Part shown: one piece after another, positions 11,101 through 22,100 of the stretch
How positions within the stretch are numbered: the stretch's first letter is position 1
Layout of the letters: each line of letters starts with the position of its first letter
Assembly: GCA_020536535.1 (NCBI GenBank)
Contig: JAHLWZ010000388.1
Location: 1-50,399 of the forward strand
Reading direction: 5' to 3'
DNA: 50,399 nucleotides
From: Pelomyxa schiedti
Taxonomy: Eukaryota; Protista; Evosea
Program-made: the position numbers and the translations under genes
Notes under the pieces: model-generated
What the model was told of the DNA's origin: nothing
The model's database searches: none
Seen by the model: only the letters and a program-made list of their open reading frames with translations

Positions 11101-14100
11101 TGGAAACGAGTGGTGGGGCAAACACACCCAAGTCCCAGGCAACCCACGTGTGTTCGCTGAGGCTGTTCAACTTGAATGGTGGAGGGATAGAAACTCCATC
11201 AGTGGCCATGTTTCTTGTCACATCGGTTGTGTTCATGTTCTTCCTCAGGCACCTCAGCAGTGTTGTTTTTCCAGCAGCACCATCACCCACCACAAGAAGC
11301 TTGTGACTCTTCCACTCAACAGGCTCGCAATTGTGCATTACAAACTGCTTCATTGTGTCCCATTTCTCAACCCTGAACCTGTCTGGGATTGTGTCCAGAG
11401 GATTTTCCATCAGATTGACAAATTTGACCTTGTGCAGCCACTGTGGAAGTGCACTCAGTTGGTTAAAGGACAGGTCAAGTGACTTGCAGCAAGCCACACA
11501 CTTCAAACTTGGGTGAATAGAGGGCAAATTGAGGAAGGACAGGTCCACGTCTTGATGTGACAATGCTCCAGAAAGACCAACTTCCTTCACTGCATTCCAG
11601 TTGTGGGCCTGAACCCACATTCGAAACAACCTTGAGACAACTGCCAGCAGTTTAAAACCTGGCTTCAAGTTCAATAAAATATCAAGCAGTTGGCGCACTG
11701 CAGTTGGTCCCATGTCCCTCACATTGACACCATTTTTGAAAATCAATGATTCCACAATCTCTCGGAATTTGGTGGAATTAGAAGCTGTGAGTAAGGCAAC
11801 TTTCAGAACTTCTACACATGAACCCTCATCCTTTAACACTGTTGGCACGTTTACGTGCAGGAGTGAGCGAATTCCAGTTGAGGGCTCTAACTGAATGCCT
11901 TCTTTGAGGGAGCTCCCCACCATTTCTCCTGAGCTGGAGGCAATGGCCAACATGGCATCAACGGTGTCTTCTGCTTGCCTTGCCCAAATTGGGAGATACT
12001 GTTGCACAGCATTCAACACAATGTCCAGTTTTGTGCTGTCACCCACTGCAACACAACTCCGCATCGCTTTCTTGAAATTGGAGCGATCTCCCGAGTTGAG
12101 GTTGAATTCAGTGATCACTGAATTATAAAGAGAAATATTTTCACCAGTGAGATACCCAGGTCCATGGTTCTTCACTGTTGAAAAAGGAAGAACGAGAACA
12201 GTCGAGAGAGCCAAAGACAGTTAAAAAAAAAAAAAAGAGAACACCAACACACACAGATGGGAATGCAAAGGCTTTGGAGAATCTTGTTTCCTTCGTTTCC
12301 AGCAAGAATCGCTGAAATATTCAAGGTGAATATTGGAGATTACGACTTTGCAGGCGTCAAACAGGCAGGGGGTTTCGTACCTGTCCAATCTTGGACCACC
12401 TGATCCTCGTTTGTTGTTATTGTTGTGTCATAAATAACAGTCAATTTCTCGATCCTTCTGTTTCGCTTCAAAGCGGCAAAAACAGTGGAATCAATCCAAC
12501 TCCCTTTTTATTTCCAGTGTGAGTGTGTGGGGAAGAGAAAGAGAAAATTAAAAAGAAAAGGGAAAAGGACAAGTAAAAAGGACAAGAAAAGGGATACAAT
12601 GAAGTTGCAGTTCTGTGATGCTGAAGTTTGTTCCCAAGAGTGTAACAAACTGTTTGAAGTCCTTGTCCTCACATTTTGTGTTTCCTTTTTGAGAATGAGG
12701 AAGAAGAAACCAATGTAATATGATGGAAGAAGAGAAAGTGAAACTGGAAATGTCGAGTGATGAGAGTTGATCCATGAGCCTGAAAAGCCACTTCTCACTT
12801 CCTTGGGTCAGTGAATCTGGCAGTGGTTAGTGAGTGATACTCGGTGGGAGGAAGAAAGGGAAGGCTGGGGGAGAGAAGGCACTCTGGAGACTCAAACTGA
12901 AGTCATTCCTCTGGAAAGATTGAACAGCTTTGACAACGGCTTTTACAGCACGCTCTGAGAGCACAAAGTCTGCCACCATGGTTTTTGTTAATATTTCAAA
13001 GAATGGGTGTGGGAGAGCAAACCGGAGAGAGAGAGCGATTTCAAGGAAGTGCAAGAACTCAGGTGTGTTGATATTGCCTCTTCCAATTTTTCTTGTTCGA
13101 GTCGATTGAAACCTGTCAAGCACGAACAATCAATTGGTTTGGCTTGAATGTTTGGAAAAATCATGGGAGATGATACTGATTGAGGATCCAATTGCACAAT
13201 ACTGGAGTTCGGTGCATTGAAAAACGGAGGAGAGCAACTCATTGTCAGCCACAGTCAAACCTTTCAACATTTCAAGTAAATGCAAGCCCCCCAAATTTGC
13301 AGGTTTTTTTGTGGAAAATAGTTGAGTTGGTTCACACAAACTTTTCAAAGAAAACTTTGAGCAGATATCTCTTTGGTCAGATATAATCTTGGTCAGGACT
13401 TTGCAGTCACTGAAGCTGTAATAACCTTGATCTCAATTTTAGATGTGTGATGAGAAGTGGTTTTTTGAGTAATTAGCAGGGAGATGACGAAACCGATGTC
13501 AATCACGACTTCGCCATTTGCCTGACTGATGATACTTTGGCTGTCCCTTGTTGTCCACGAATATCGGAAACTTTCCGGCCCATTTGCCGCTGTATTTGAG
13601 CCTTTCTTTTAATACATGGATCGTGTCATTTGGGGATCTAACCTGGGTTTGGCTCAAACTGCGTTTTTGTGCTGAAACCACCGATTTTGGCACCTTTGTG
13701 TGCCTCCCTCAGTATGTCTGTGAGGGTTGTTGCACCTGTCCACTCGGTGATTGTATCGGCGCAAACCTAAAAAATAAATTAATTTATTGTACTCACCAGT
13801 GAACCAATTAAAAAAAAAAATAAATAAATAAAATCTCATAACGTGCATTGGGGACATATACCATCGAAGCCATGGCAAAGCACTCAAGCAACCCAATTGT
13901 TGCACAGGGAGCAAGTGAATGGGAAGCAGAATGGTCAGGATCGAAACCAGCAACAAAAAACAGGAATGGCTGATGTGTTGCCCTGTTTTTTGCCCACAAA
14001 CTCCCATAAAGTAATTCCAAAGTTTCAGGAATTGCATCAAAGAATGCACGATCATTTGGAGTGCAAACAACAAGAACAGCTTTCATTGTTCCCTGTGCAC

Positions 14101-14606
14101 ATCCTTGGAACTCTTGGGGCCTAAGAATAATCCCTTATTTCTTTTTCTGTTGTTTTACTTTGTTCGTGTAATTTTAATAAATAAATGTAAATTAATAAAT
14201 AAAACGCAACAAACAAAACAACAACAATAAATAATACTAATCATAACAACAACAACAATTATGCATACCTGTCCACGTAAATCAATTCAATTGCCTTGTG
14301 CTGCCCCAGCGGCGCCAGCACGCCTGCGCCCCCCTGCGCACCGCCCCCCCCGCCACCCTTGTTGTTCCCCTTCCCTTTCCCGCGGGAGCGGCGGCCACCC
14401 CGACGAGTCGCTGCGGCGTCGTCCTCCCCCCCCTCGGCGGGGGCTGCGCGGACGAGGCGGTCCAGCGCGTCGGGGGAGGGTGCCACCACGTAGCACTTTG
14501 GCGGCGCGTTCTCGCCGTCTTCTTCGTGTGGCTCCCCGTCTCCTCGCACGGCGTGTGGGTGTGGGTGTGGCGGTGCGGGACTGCTAGTACTCGTTGGTGT
14601 GGACAT
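5177..14606 (-). CDS. Roco-family kinase A, multi-exon: degenerate GTPase-like N-terminus, LRR-like region, ROC-COR-kinase, then a second ROC-COR-kinase
   Basis: ATG at 14606. ROC G1 GDGAAGKTT (ORF 11093..12214) and GDGAVGKTT (ORF 7979..8914); G3 WDLG|GQD across an intron; G4 GTHLD. Kinase motifs GKGGFG, VAVK, HGDLHTGN (spliced), DFG, (A/G)PE and DVWSFG occur in both modules. Manual exon phases were checked for the first exons (14606-14269, 14120-13862, 13766-13643, 13601-13494). Confidence 0.88.
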
Positions 14607-14918
14607 GTGGTAAGTTGGTTTGAGTTATTTTGTAAGTTCGTTTCGACGCATCGCAACAGTTGCCGCTACATCTCTGTGATATCACCTTCATACGCGGTTC
14701 CCTGAAAACTGTGTTGATAGGAAAATAAGGCAAGAAATTTCATTGAAAACTGTTTAGTGTACGGGTCATCTGTTGGGGACAATTGGTGGTTTTTTGTCTT
14801 GAGGTGATTGGTTATTGTTGTTGTAGCTCCTCAGGGAAATGGGTGAGAACGAATGTTCTGGTTCCACATGGTTGATACCAACTAGTTGTCTTTTCAATGA
14901 AATCAAACCAGGAGGAAA

Positions 14919-15813
14919 ATGTCTGCAGCGGCACCCCAGCAGGTATGTCGTCTGCGTTTGTGCCCGGTTGTTTTATCCAAGTCTCAATTCCACAGCAGTG
15001 CACACTTTTTGAGGCAGAGCGCAATGTCATCAAAACACTGACTGCCTCTAATCCAATGAAAGCAGGGGAGATTTGGTTCCTCATCTCATCGACTTGGTTC
15101 AAGAGCTGGAAAAAATACGTATCATACTTTTACTTTCCCTCATGCTCATCTGGCTGGGGTGCTGTATGTTATTTGCACTTATTTCTTTGGTGGGGTTTGA
15201 ACCAGGGTTAGGCAACACCCAGACCAGGACCGATCCGAAATAGTGAGCTCCTTGGGGAAGACGGTGAGCTCAAACATTCCGTGTTGGAGCTGACACACTA
15301 TGAGGTGGTCAGTGGTGTTGTGTGGAATACACTGAAGGGATGGTATTCTGGTGGGCCTGACATCCCTCGTCCTGTGATTTCCTTCCTTGGTCTGTACGGA
15401 AATGTTTGTCTCTCAGTGGAGCTGCAGCCACTGAGACTGCACATTGTTAAATCATCTGATACAACGGCTTCTGTGTTGGCATACTTCAGCAGAATTGACA
15501 CTGTTGGTCATCTTAAGGTACACTTCAAGCATAAGCACAAGTATAATTGACACCAGAAAACAATGTGTGAGAGAATGGGATTGGAGCCAGACAACATCCA
15601 CGTGTGGGACTACCACGGCGGCTCTTGGCTCAAGAAGCTTCATGATACGCAAACTCTGCACTCTGAACAGATTATTAACAACCAAAAGGTACTTCGAACA
15701 ATACTATGTTTCTAGAAAATAATCCTTCCTTGCAGGTTATGCTGGCTGAAAAAAATGATGCTGGGCTTTGGCCAAGCCATGGACGAGTGTATTTTGGTGT
15801 TTCCAATAGCTAA
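14919..15813 (+). CDS. Stand-alone DUSP + Ubl domain protein (USP4/11/15-type N-terminus without a catalytic domain), copy 1
   Basis: Spliced product MSAAAPQQ..WFLISSTWFKSWKKY|ATPRPGPIRNSELL...HYEVVSGVVWNTLKGWYSGGPDIPRPVI...VELQPL (DUSP), then FSRIDTVGHLK|KTMCERMGLEPDNIHVWDY...|VMLAEKNDAGLWP (Ubl end motif), with a stop at 15811-15813. Confidence 0.8.
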
Positions 15814-15931
15814 ATAACCCCTATTGTTTGGTTGTCTTGTGAAAAAGAAAACAGCCAGGTCATCCGGGTCGCTGCAGCGTCCCGGCGAGGGCTGCGTTCA
15901 ATGACACTCAGGAATTCCTAAGTGATCTTCG

Positions 15932-16260
15932 GTGACATAGACAAGGACCAATCCATGCTGAGTATCTGGGTCACTGTGGGACGGGCACGTGGATCGCGGA
16001 CCCAGCAGTTCTCCAAAATGGACTTGGCCCAACTGGGTAGTTCACGTGCCGGCGGCGACGATTTCGGCAATTGTGGGAGTGTCTTGCCGAGCGCCAGGTC
16101 CGCGCAATGTCGGAGGGTATCATGATAGCCTGCCGGTTTTGATGAACTCGGAAGTACGCCGAGTCGGCCTCAAGGTGGCTGAACGGGATCCATCAGCTTG
16201 AACACCATCATTGCTGCGAAAGGGTTTTTAGTATTTTGATGAAGGGAAGAAGTGGGATTT
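15932..16260 (-). pseudogene. Remnant of the last Roco kinase exon and last intron (duplicate of 19112-19456)
   Basis: Aligns to the 3' end of Roco B (ENCWVRDPRARPTVTQILSMDWS). A ~10-bp deletion after LMDP shifts the frame. Homology stops at the intron donor (gtgggattt, 16260). Confidence 0.88.
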
Positions 16261-16475
16261 TTGTGTACAGTGTAGTGTTGCATTTTTGGATTCAAACCGT
16301 GAGGTAACACACTGTGGTTGCAGAAGTTTGAGCACGAGAACCAGTCATATGATCCATCAAAGAGAATCCCATCAAACTTGCTCAAACTCAATTGCTTTTT
16401 GGGTTTCATACCTTGATTTTTGTTTTTTTCAGTCAGTATTCGTAGAAGTGGTAGTAGGTCTCGAATATCAACGCG

Positions 16476-18973
16476 ATGCAACCAACACAAACAACAATAG
16501 AGACAAAGAAACAATGGGTGGTTTGGGTGTCACACTTCGTCTGGGAATCCGTCGTACCCCTGATGCTCCCCGACGCCGCTTCCCACTGCTTCTTCCCGAC
16601 ACCGTCTTGTAGCCCCCCTCACTACTATCGTCATGGGCCCACTCACGCCTCATCGTCGTCCTCATCGACAACAACGATCGCCGCCGCAACCCATCATCCC
16701 ACCACAGCCACAACACCGACGGAAGAGCAGGAGGAGGATGAGGAGGAGGACGACAACAACATGGGGATCGAGTATCACCGGATACCACCACTCAAGCGCA
16801 AGCACGTGGTCCCGCTGCTGCGTCTTGCCGAGGCCCTGTTCCCCCTCGTTGGGCTCGTGTGCCGGGGCGTGAGGCGGTCGCGGGGCGCCAGGTCGTCGAG
16901 CCGCCGCCGGCTCCTCGAGTGCTGCGGCGAAGCCAACAGCCCCCGCTGCTGCGCGTGGGTCGTGGCTCGCTACGGGTGCACCGGGCAGCGGTACTCGCTC
17001 CACTCCCCCACTGATGCCACTGAGGGTGTGCAGTGGCCTTTGAGGGCGGGGGGCCACTGGAAGGAGTGCATGTCGGTGTTGATTGGGATGAGTGCTGGTG
17101 GGCACCTTGATTCTGCAAAAAGGTTTGTTGACGAGGGAGCCCCTTGGGGTTCTCTGTCCTGGCCCGATTCCGTGGCTTCTACTGCTGCTGCTACTGCTGC
17201 TGCTGCTGCTGCTACTGCTACTGCTTCGGCTTCATCGCCTTCGAGTCGTGGAGTTGTGTTCTACCCACTGCCAACTTGCGCGTCTCCAAGCAGCGGCGGT
17301 GCTGATGTGACAATCGGCACTCTTGACAGCGTGTTTTGGGGTAATAAGGCCATCCCAAGGCTTCTTGACCGATCAGCCAAACGGGGACACCTGGAGACAC
17401 TCAAGTGGGCCCTCTCAAGATTTGGAGGAACTGATGAGAGTTGGTGGTTGCTGAGACGAGTGTTCGCGGCAGCCCGTGGCTTCCAGCTGGACACCATCAT
17501 CTGGTTGTCACACACATTCAACTTGACAGAAAGGCTGACTGGGAAGTTTGACCTCAAGTACTGGGGAGTACCCAAGAATGTATCTGACGTCAAAAGGCTT
17601 GTTGAAACCTTTCCTCAATGGAAGCACGATTTTGAGGCCCTGGCGTGGAAAACAGTGAAGAGCAAATCGCCAACAGAGGAGATCATAAAGGTGTGCCAAT
17701 GGCTTGTGGAGTATTTTCCCGATGAGCACTTTTACTTCACTGACACAAAGCACTGTGAAGTCGTCAAGTGGGCATTGCAAAGTGTAAATTCCTCCTTGGT
17801 TGATGTCAGCCTCAGGTGGTACTTGCCAATTGCAGAGGATGTGCAGTTTCTGAAGTGGCTCATTGAGAGGGCACACCCAACACAATCGGAGTTTATTCTG
17901 GCCTGCTCAAACAGAAAGGACAACGTGGCCATTGCAAAATTGGTGGCTGCGAAAACCCTCCCAAGTGCGGATGAGGTGATGGAGGGTCTTAATATGGCAC
18001 TGTCTGACTGCAATTCCCGAATTGCCACGTGGCTGGAGGAATACTACTTCAACATCACCAAATCAAAGCCGAAGCTCACTCTTCCTGCAGTGTGTGCGTT
18101 TCATTGCTTTGATTCTTTTCCACATAACTGGGCTGAGTGGTTTTGCTGCCATGCCGAGGGTGTACCAATGACAGAGAAAGAAGTTCTTCGTGCACTTCAA
18201 GGGATGAGGGGTGATGAAGATCGGCTGGGATCCCATATTGAGCCCTCCCTATTTCTGATAGAGAAATTTTCCCCCAATTTGAGTTCATTGAACCTACTCG
18301 CCTACCTGAAAGCAGCAGCAGAAACTGGTGATTTCCGGAATGTAAAGAAGGTGGTCTCCTTGGCAGAGTCATCCCCAGAGTTAGAAATCCAGCCAATTGA
18401 TGCTCTGGAAGTGCTCTATGAATCTATTACACACAGCAAGATATTCAAATGGCTGATGTTGCACTTCAATTTGGTTTCAGTCATGCAGGAGAGGGACAAA
18501 GTGCAACGACTCATGATGCTTATTTCCTGTGAAAAATACAGCTGTGCACGCTGGTTTTTTAAGCAGCTGCACGGTCTGTCCCCCAAGGTACTACCCCCCA
18601 ATTCACATACACAAACTGACTGCTTAAACCCAACTCACCTCCTCAACAGAGTTTATTTATGGAAGACAAGATTAAAACACGAGGAACTGCAATGGTGGGT
18701 GGCCATTGGAATGTTGACTTTGCAGGCTTGAGTTTGCTGATGAGAATGTTCCCGGACATCAACATAGGAGAGTGGTCCAGGTTATCGCTTGTGGCTTTTT
18801 CATCACCACTCAACCTCCAGCTTTTGCACCTTGAGCCCCTCCCGTCTGAGCTGGAGCCCTTTTACCCTTTTTCCTTCAGCTTGGATGAAAGCATGTGGTG
18901 GCTGCAGGGTAGGACGCAAACCCCTCATTTCAACACCACACAAGCTCCTTTGGAGGACGAAGACACACTGTGA
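16476..18973 (+). CDS. Ankyrin-like helical repeat protein, ~811 aa, lineage-specific family
   Basis: 751-aa ORF with degenerate ankyrin-like motifs (GMSAGGHLDSAKRFV, SAKRGHLETLKWAL, AAARGFQLDTIIWL). A phase-0 GT-AG intron at 18588-18649 joins it in frame to ORF 18659..18973. Confidence 0.72.
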
Positions 18974-19124
18974 AAGAAAAGAGTGCAAAGAGGTAATAAA
19001 GCTTTTTTCGTGTTGAAAAAGTTCGTTCTTCCCTCAACGCGGGAGGGTGAGTGTGTTCAGGAATGAGAACTGGTTGAAGTGACGAATGAACCATTGCATT
19101 TTTGGATTACTGTGATTACATAGA

Positions 19125-22100
19125 CTAGGACCAATCCATGCTGAGTATCTGGGTCACTGTGGGACGGGCACGTGGGTCGCGGACCCAGCAGTTCTCCAAA
19201 ATGGTCATAGCCCAACTGGGTAGTTCACGTGCCGGCGGCGATTTCGGCAATTGTGGGAGTATCTTGCCGAGCGCCAGGTCCCGCGCAATTCGCGTGGGTA
19301 TCATGGCAGCCTGCCGGTTTTGGTTAACCCGGAAGTATGTTGAATCGGCTTCAAGGTGGCTGAACGGCGAACTTATGGGATCCAGCAGCTTGAATACCAT
19401 CATTGCTGAAAAAAGGTTTTTTTTTAGTATATTGATGAATGGAAGAAGTGGGATTTACCAAAACTCCAAACATCAGCCTTCGTGTCATACTTTTCCGTAT
19501 TGAAAACTTCGGGGGCATAGATTTCAAACATTGATGTATTTGCAAGAGTGTTTATCTGGGACTGTGATGCTCCGGAATACAGAACTTGAGACAGCCCGAA
19601 ATCGGCAATCTGTGAAATAGCTAAGTGATTTGTGAGAAAAGGAGCCAACCTTTGCCCAAGGGCCTGGCCCAGTTTCGTCCAACGAAGAAATGAAAATGTT
19701 CCCTGTGGTGTGATATATTAATACTCTCTCTGCCGCGGAAGTTAAAGAAGACGCAGACCTATGTGGAGATCGCCGTGAACGATGGGAGGAGTCTGTGAGT
19801 GCAAATGTTCCAAGCCACGTGCAACATCTTTCAAAATATTCACCCTCATGGGCATGGGAATGACTTGATCCAAAAGCCGGGTGGTGTTATCAACTTTTTC
19901 GAGGCACACCCAGATGAGATCACCCAGGTCAGGCTTCTTGATTTTTGTGTCTCCCAGAATTTTCATGATACTTGGGGGAACAATGGGAACAACAAGTTCC
20001 ATGACCAGCAACAGGTGCGGGGGCTGGCACACACCAAAGAACTTTACAATATTGGGATGTGAAGGTACCGCATTCAAAAGTGTTGCCTCACCTATAAACT
20101 GTGCAATGGATTGGGATGTGACTTCCCCTAATGGTTGTTTTACAACCACAGGCATGTCCCTCCACGTTGCTCTCATCACTTGCCCAAAGCATCCTTGACT
20201 CACAAGTGCTTGTGATTGAAGCTCGATTTCACTTGGATCGATCACAGGCAAGTGATCAAGGAGTATGTCTGGTGCAACTTCTGAAAGTTCCACATCAACT
20301 TGCTCTGTCTGACTGTCTGGTGGGCAACGAAGATATTTCGTTCCACATTTTGCAGCATCAAGCACAGTGTCTTGTGGGAAACATGTGATGTTGGGTGGAA
20401 CGCTGAACACCAACTTTGACGCTGAGGTTGCTGCTGTTGACACTGAATCGGCTTTATGGTGGGGGTGATGAGAGGAAGGAATTGACTGCTCCTGGGTTTG
20501 GTCGAGATTCAGGAGTTGAAGCAAGCAATGAGGGCAAGGGAAAGATACATCTACGTTCGCTGCAAGGTCGCGATAATAGGAATCGATGAATTGAGTGATC
20601 AAAGTGGTTACATAAATTATCAAGCTCTTCCTTTTCCACAGAGGCGTTTCTTCTTTGCTTGTGATGGTTGGTTCAGATCCGGGAGATGAATGAGGTGCCC
20701 CATCAATTGTAGTTTGCATGCAAATGTTGATTGTGTGTTGCTTGGCCTCGTGTGTCATAATCAACTTCTGCTTTATGACGGACGAGGAAGCTGAATCTTG
20801 GATACTGAGATTCTCAATGACGAGACCTTCGTTCCATGCCAACAGAGGGGAAGTTTCTGGAAGTCCAAGCACCATCACCATCAACCTTGGGAAAAGCCCA
20901 ACTGGGAGAAACTTGAACTTGAGAACTCTCCCGCTCATGACAACCTTGGTGCTCGGAGTGGCAGGTGAGGTCCAGAAACTGGGTACTCTACTGCCCTCTG
21001 GAAAACCATGTGGAAGGTCTGGGAGAAGGAAAGGAACCAGGAGGCGGCCATCAGGCATGTCGAACAGGATTTCAAAAGTTTGAAGCAGCTCAAGAAGTGT
21101 GGCATGCTGGAATGGAGGGAATCCAGTAAAAAGCTGAGGAAGAATTTTATTCCTCCGGAGCACGAAACCATTTTCGACCCAGCTGGATGTTCTTATGCTG
21201 ATCACTGATGTCATCACCTTGGAGAGGAAAGCTGGTTTCAACACAATCAAGTCAGAAAGTGTCATCCCAGTTTTCCTCCTCAGGAAAGATGAGTCTGACT
21301 TATGTGAAGATTGCCCCATCAGAGTGCTGCGCACTTGCTTGTGATGCCTGAAATGTATGATGCTCCCTGCGTCCAACAGGAAGTCAGAACACATGTCAAT
21401 TTCTCCTTGGTCAATAACATCGCTCTGTCCAACACCCTTTGACTTTGCAATTGCAACATAGTCACTCCAAATAAGCGTATCGTCTGGCATGGCTGTCAGG
21501 TGCTTGTGCAATTGAACCCAGTTTGATGATACAGCAATCTGACGGGTATTTGCGATTAGCTCCAATTTGTCTGAAACTCGCTCCACAGCACCCTTGACAC
21601 GTATTGCTTCTGTTTCATCCAGTACAATACCATCACCAGTGGCCACACTCAATCCAAAAACACCATCAAACTGCTTGTTATGAGATTTCATTATTGCTCG
21701 CAAAGCAAGGCAGGCAAGGAAGGGCTCAGTTTTGTCAAGGTGTGTTCCCACAAGAACAATATGAACCTTGGCAAGAAACTCCTCTGTCCTGGTTTCAGTT
21801 GCTTGCCTGAATGACAGATTTATCAGATCCACCCAATACTTGATTTTTGGTGGAAGTATCACAGATTCACCATCCCATGGCACAAGTGACAAGTCGAAAA
21901 GTAACAAGAACACGGAGAGACTGCACAAGAAGAACTGGTGTGTTGGGTAAAGCACATCTTGACCTCCTGCAAAATTTTGTGTCACTCAATAAATAGTAAA
22001 AAATGGGAAACGAGTGGTGGGGCAAACACACCCAAATCCCAGGCAACCCATGTGTGTTCACTGTGGCTGTTCAACTTGAATGGTGGAGGAACAGAAATAC

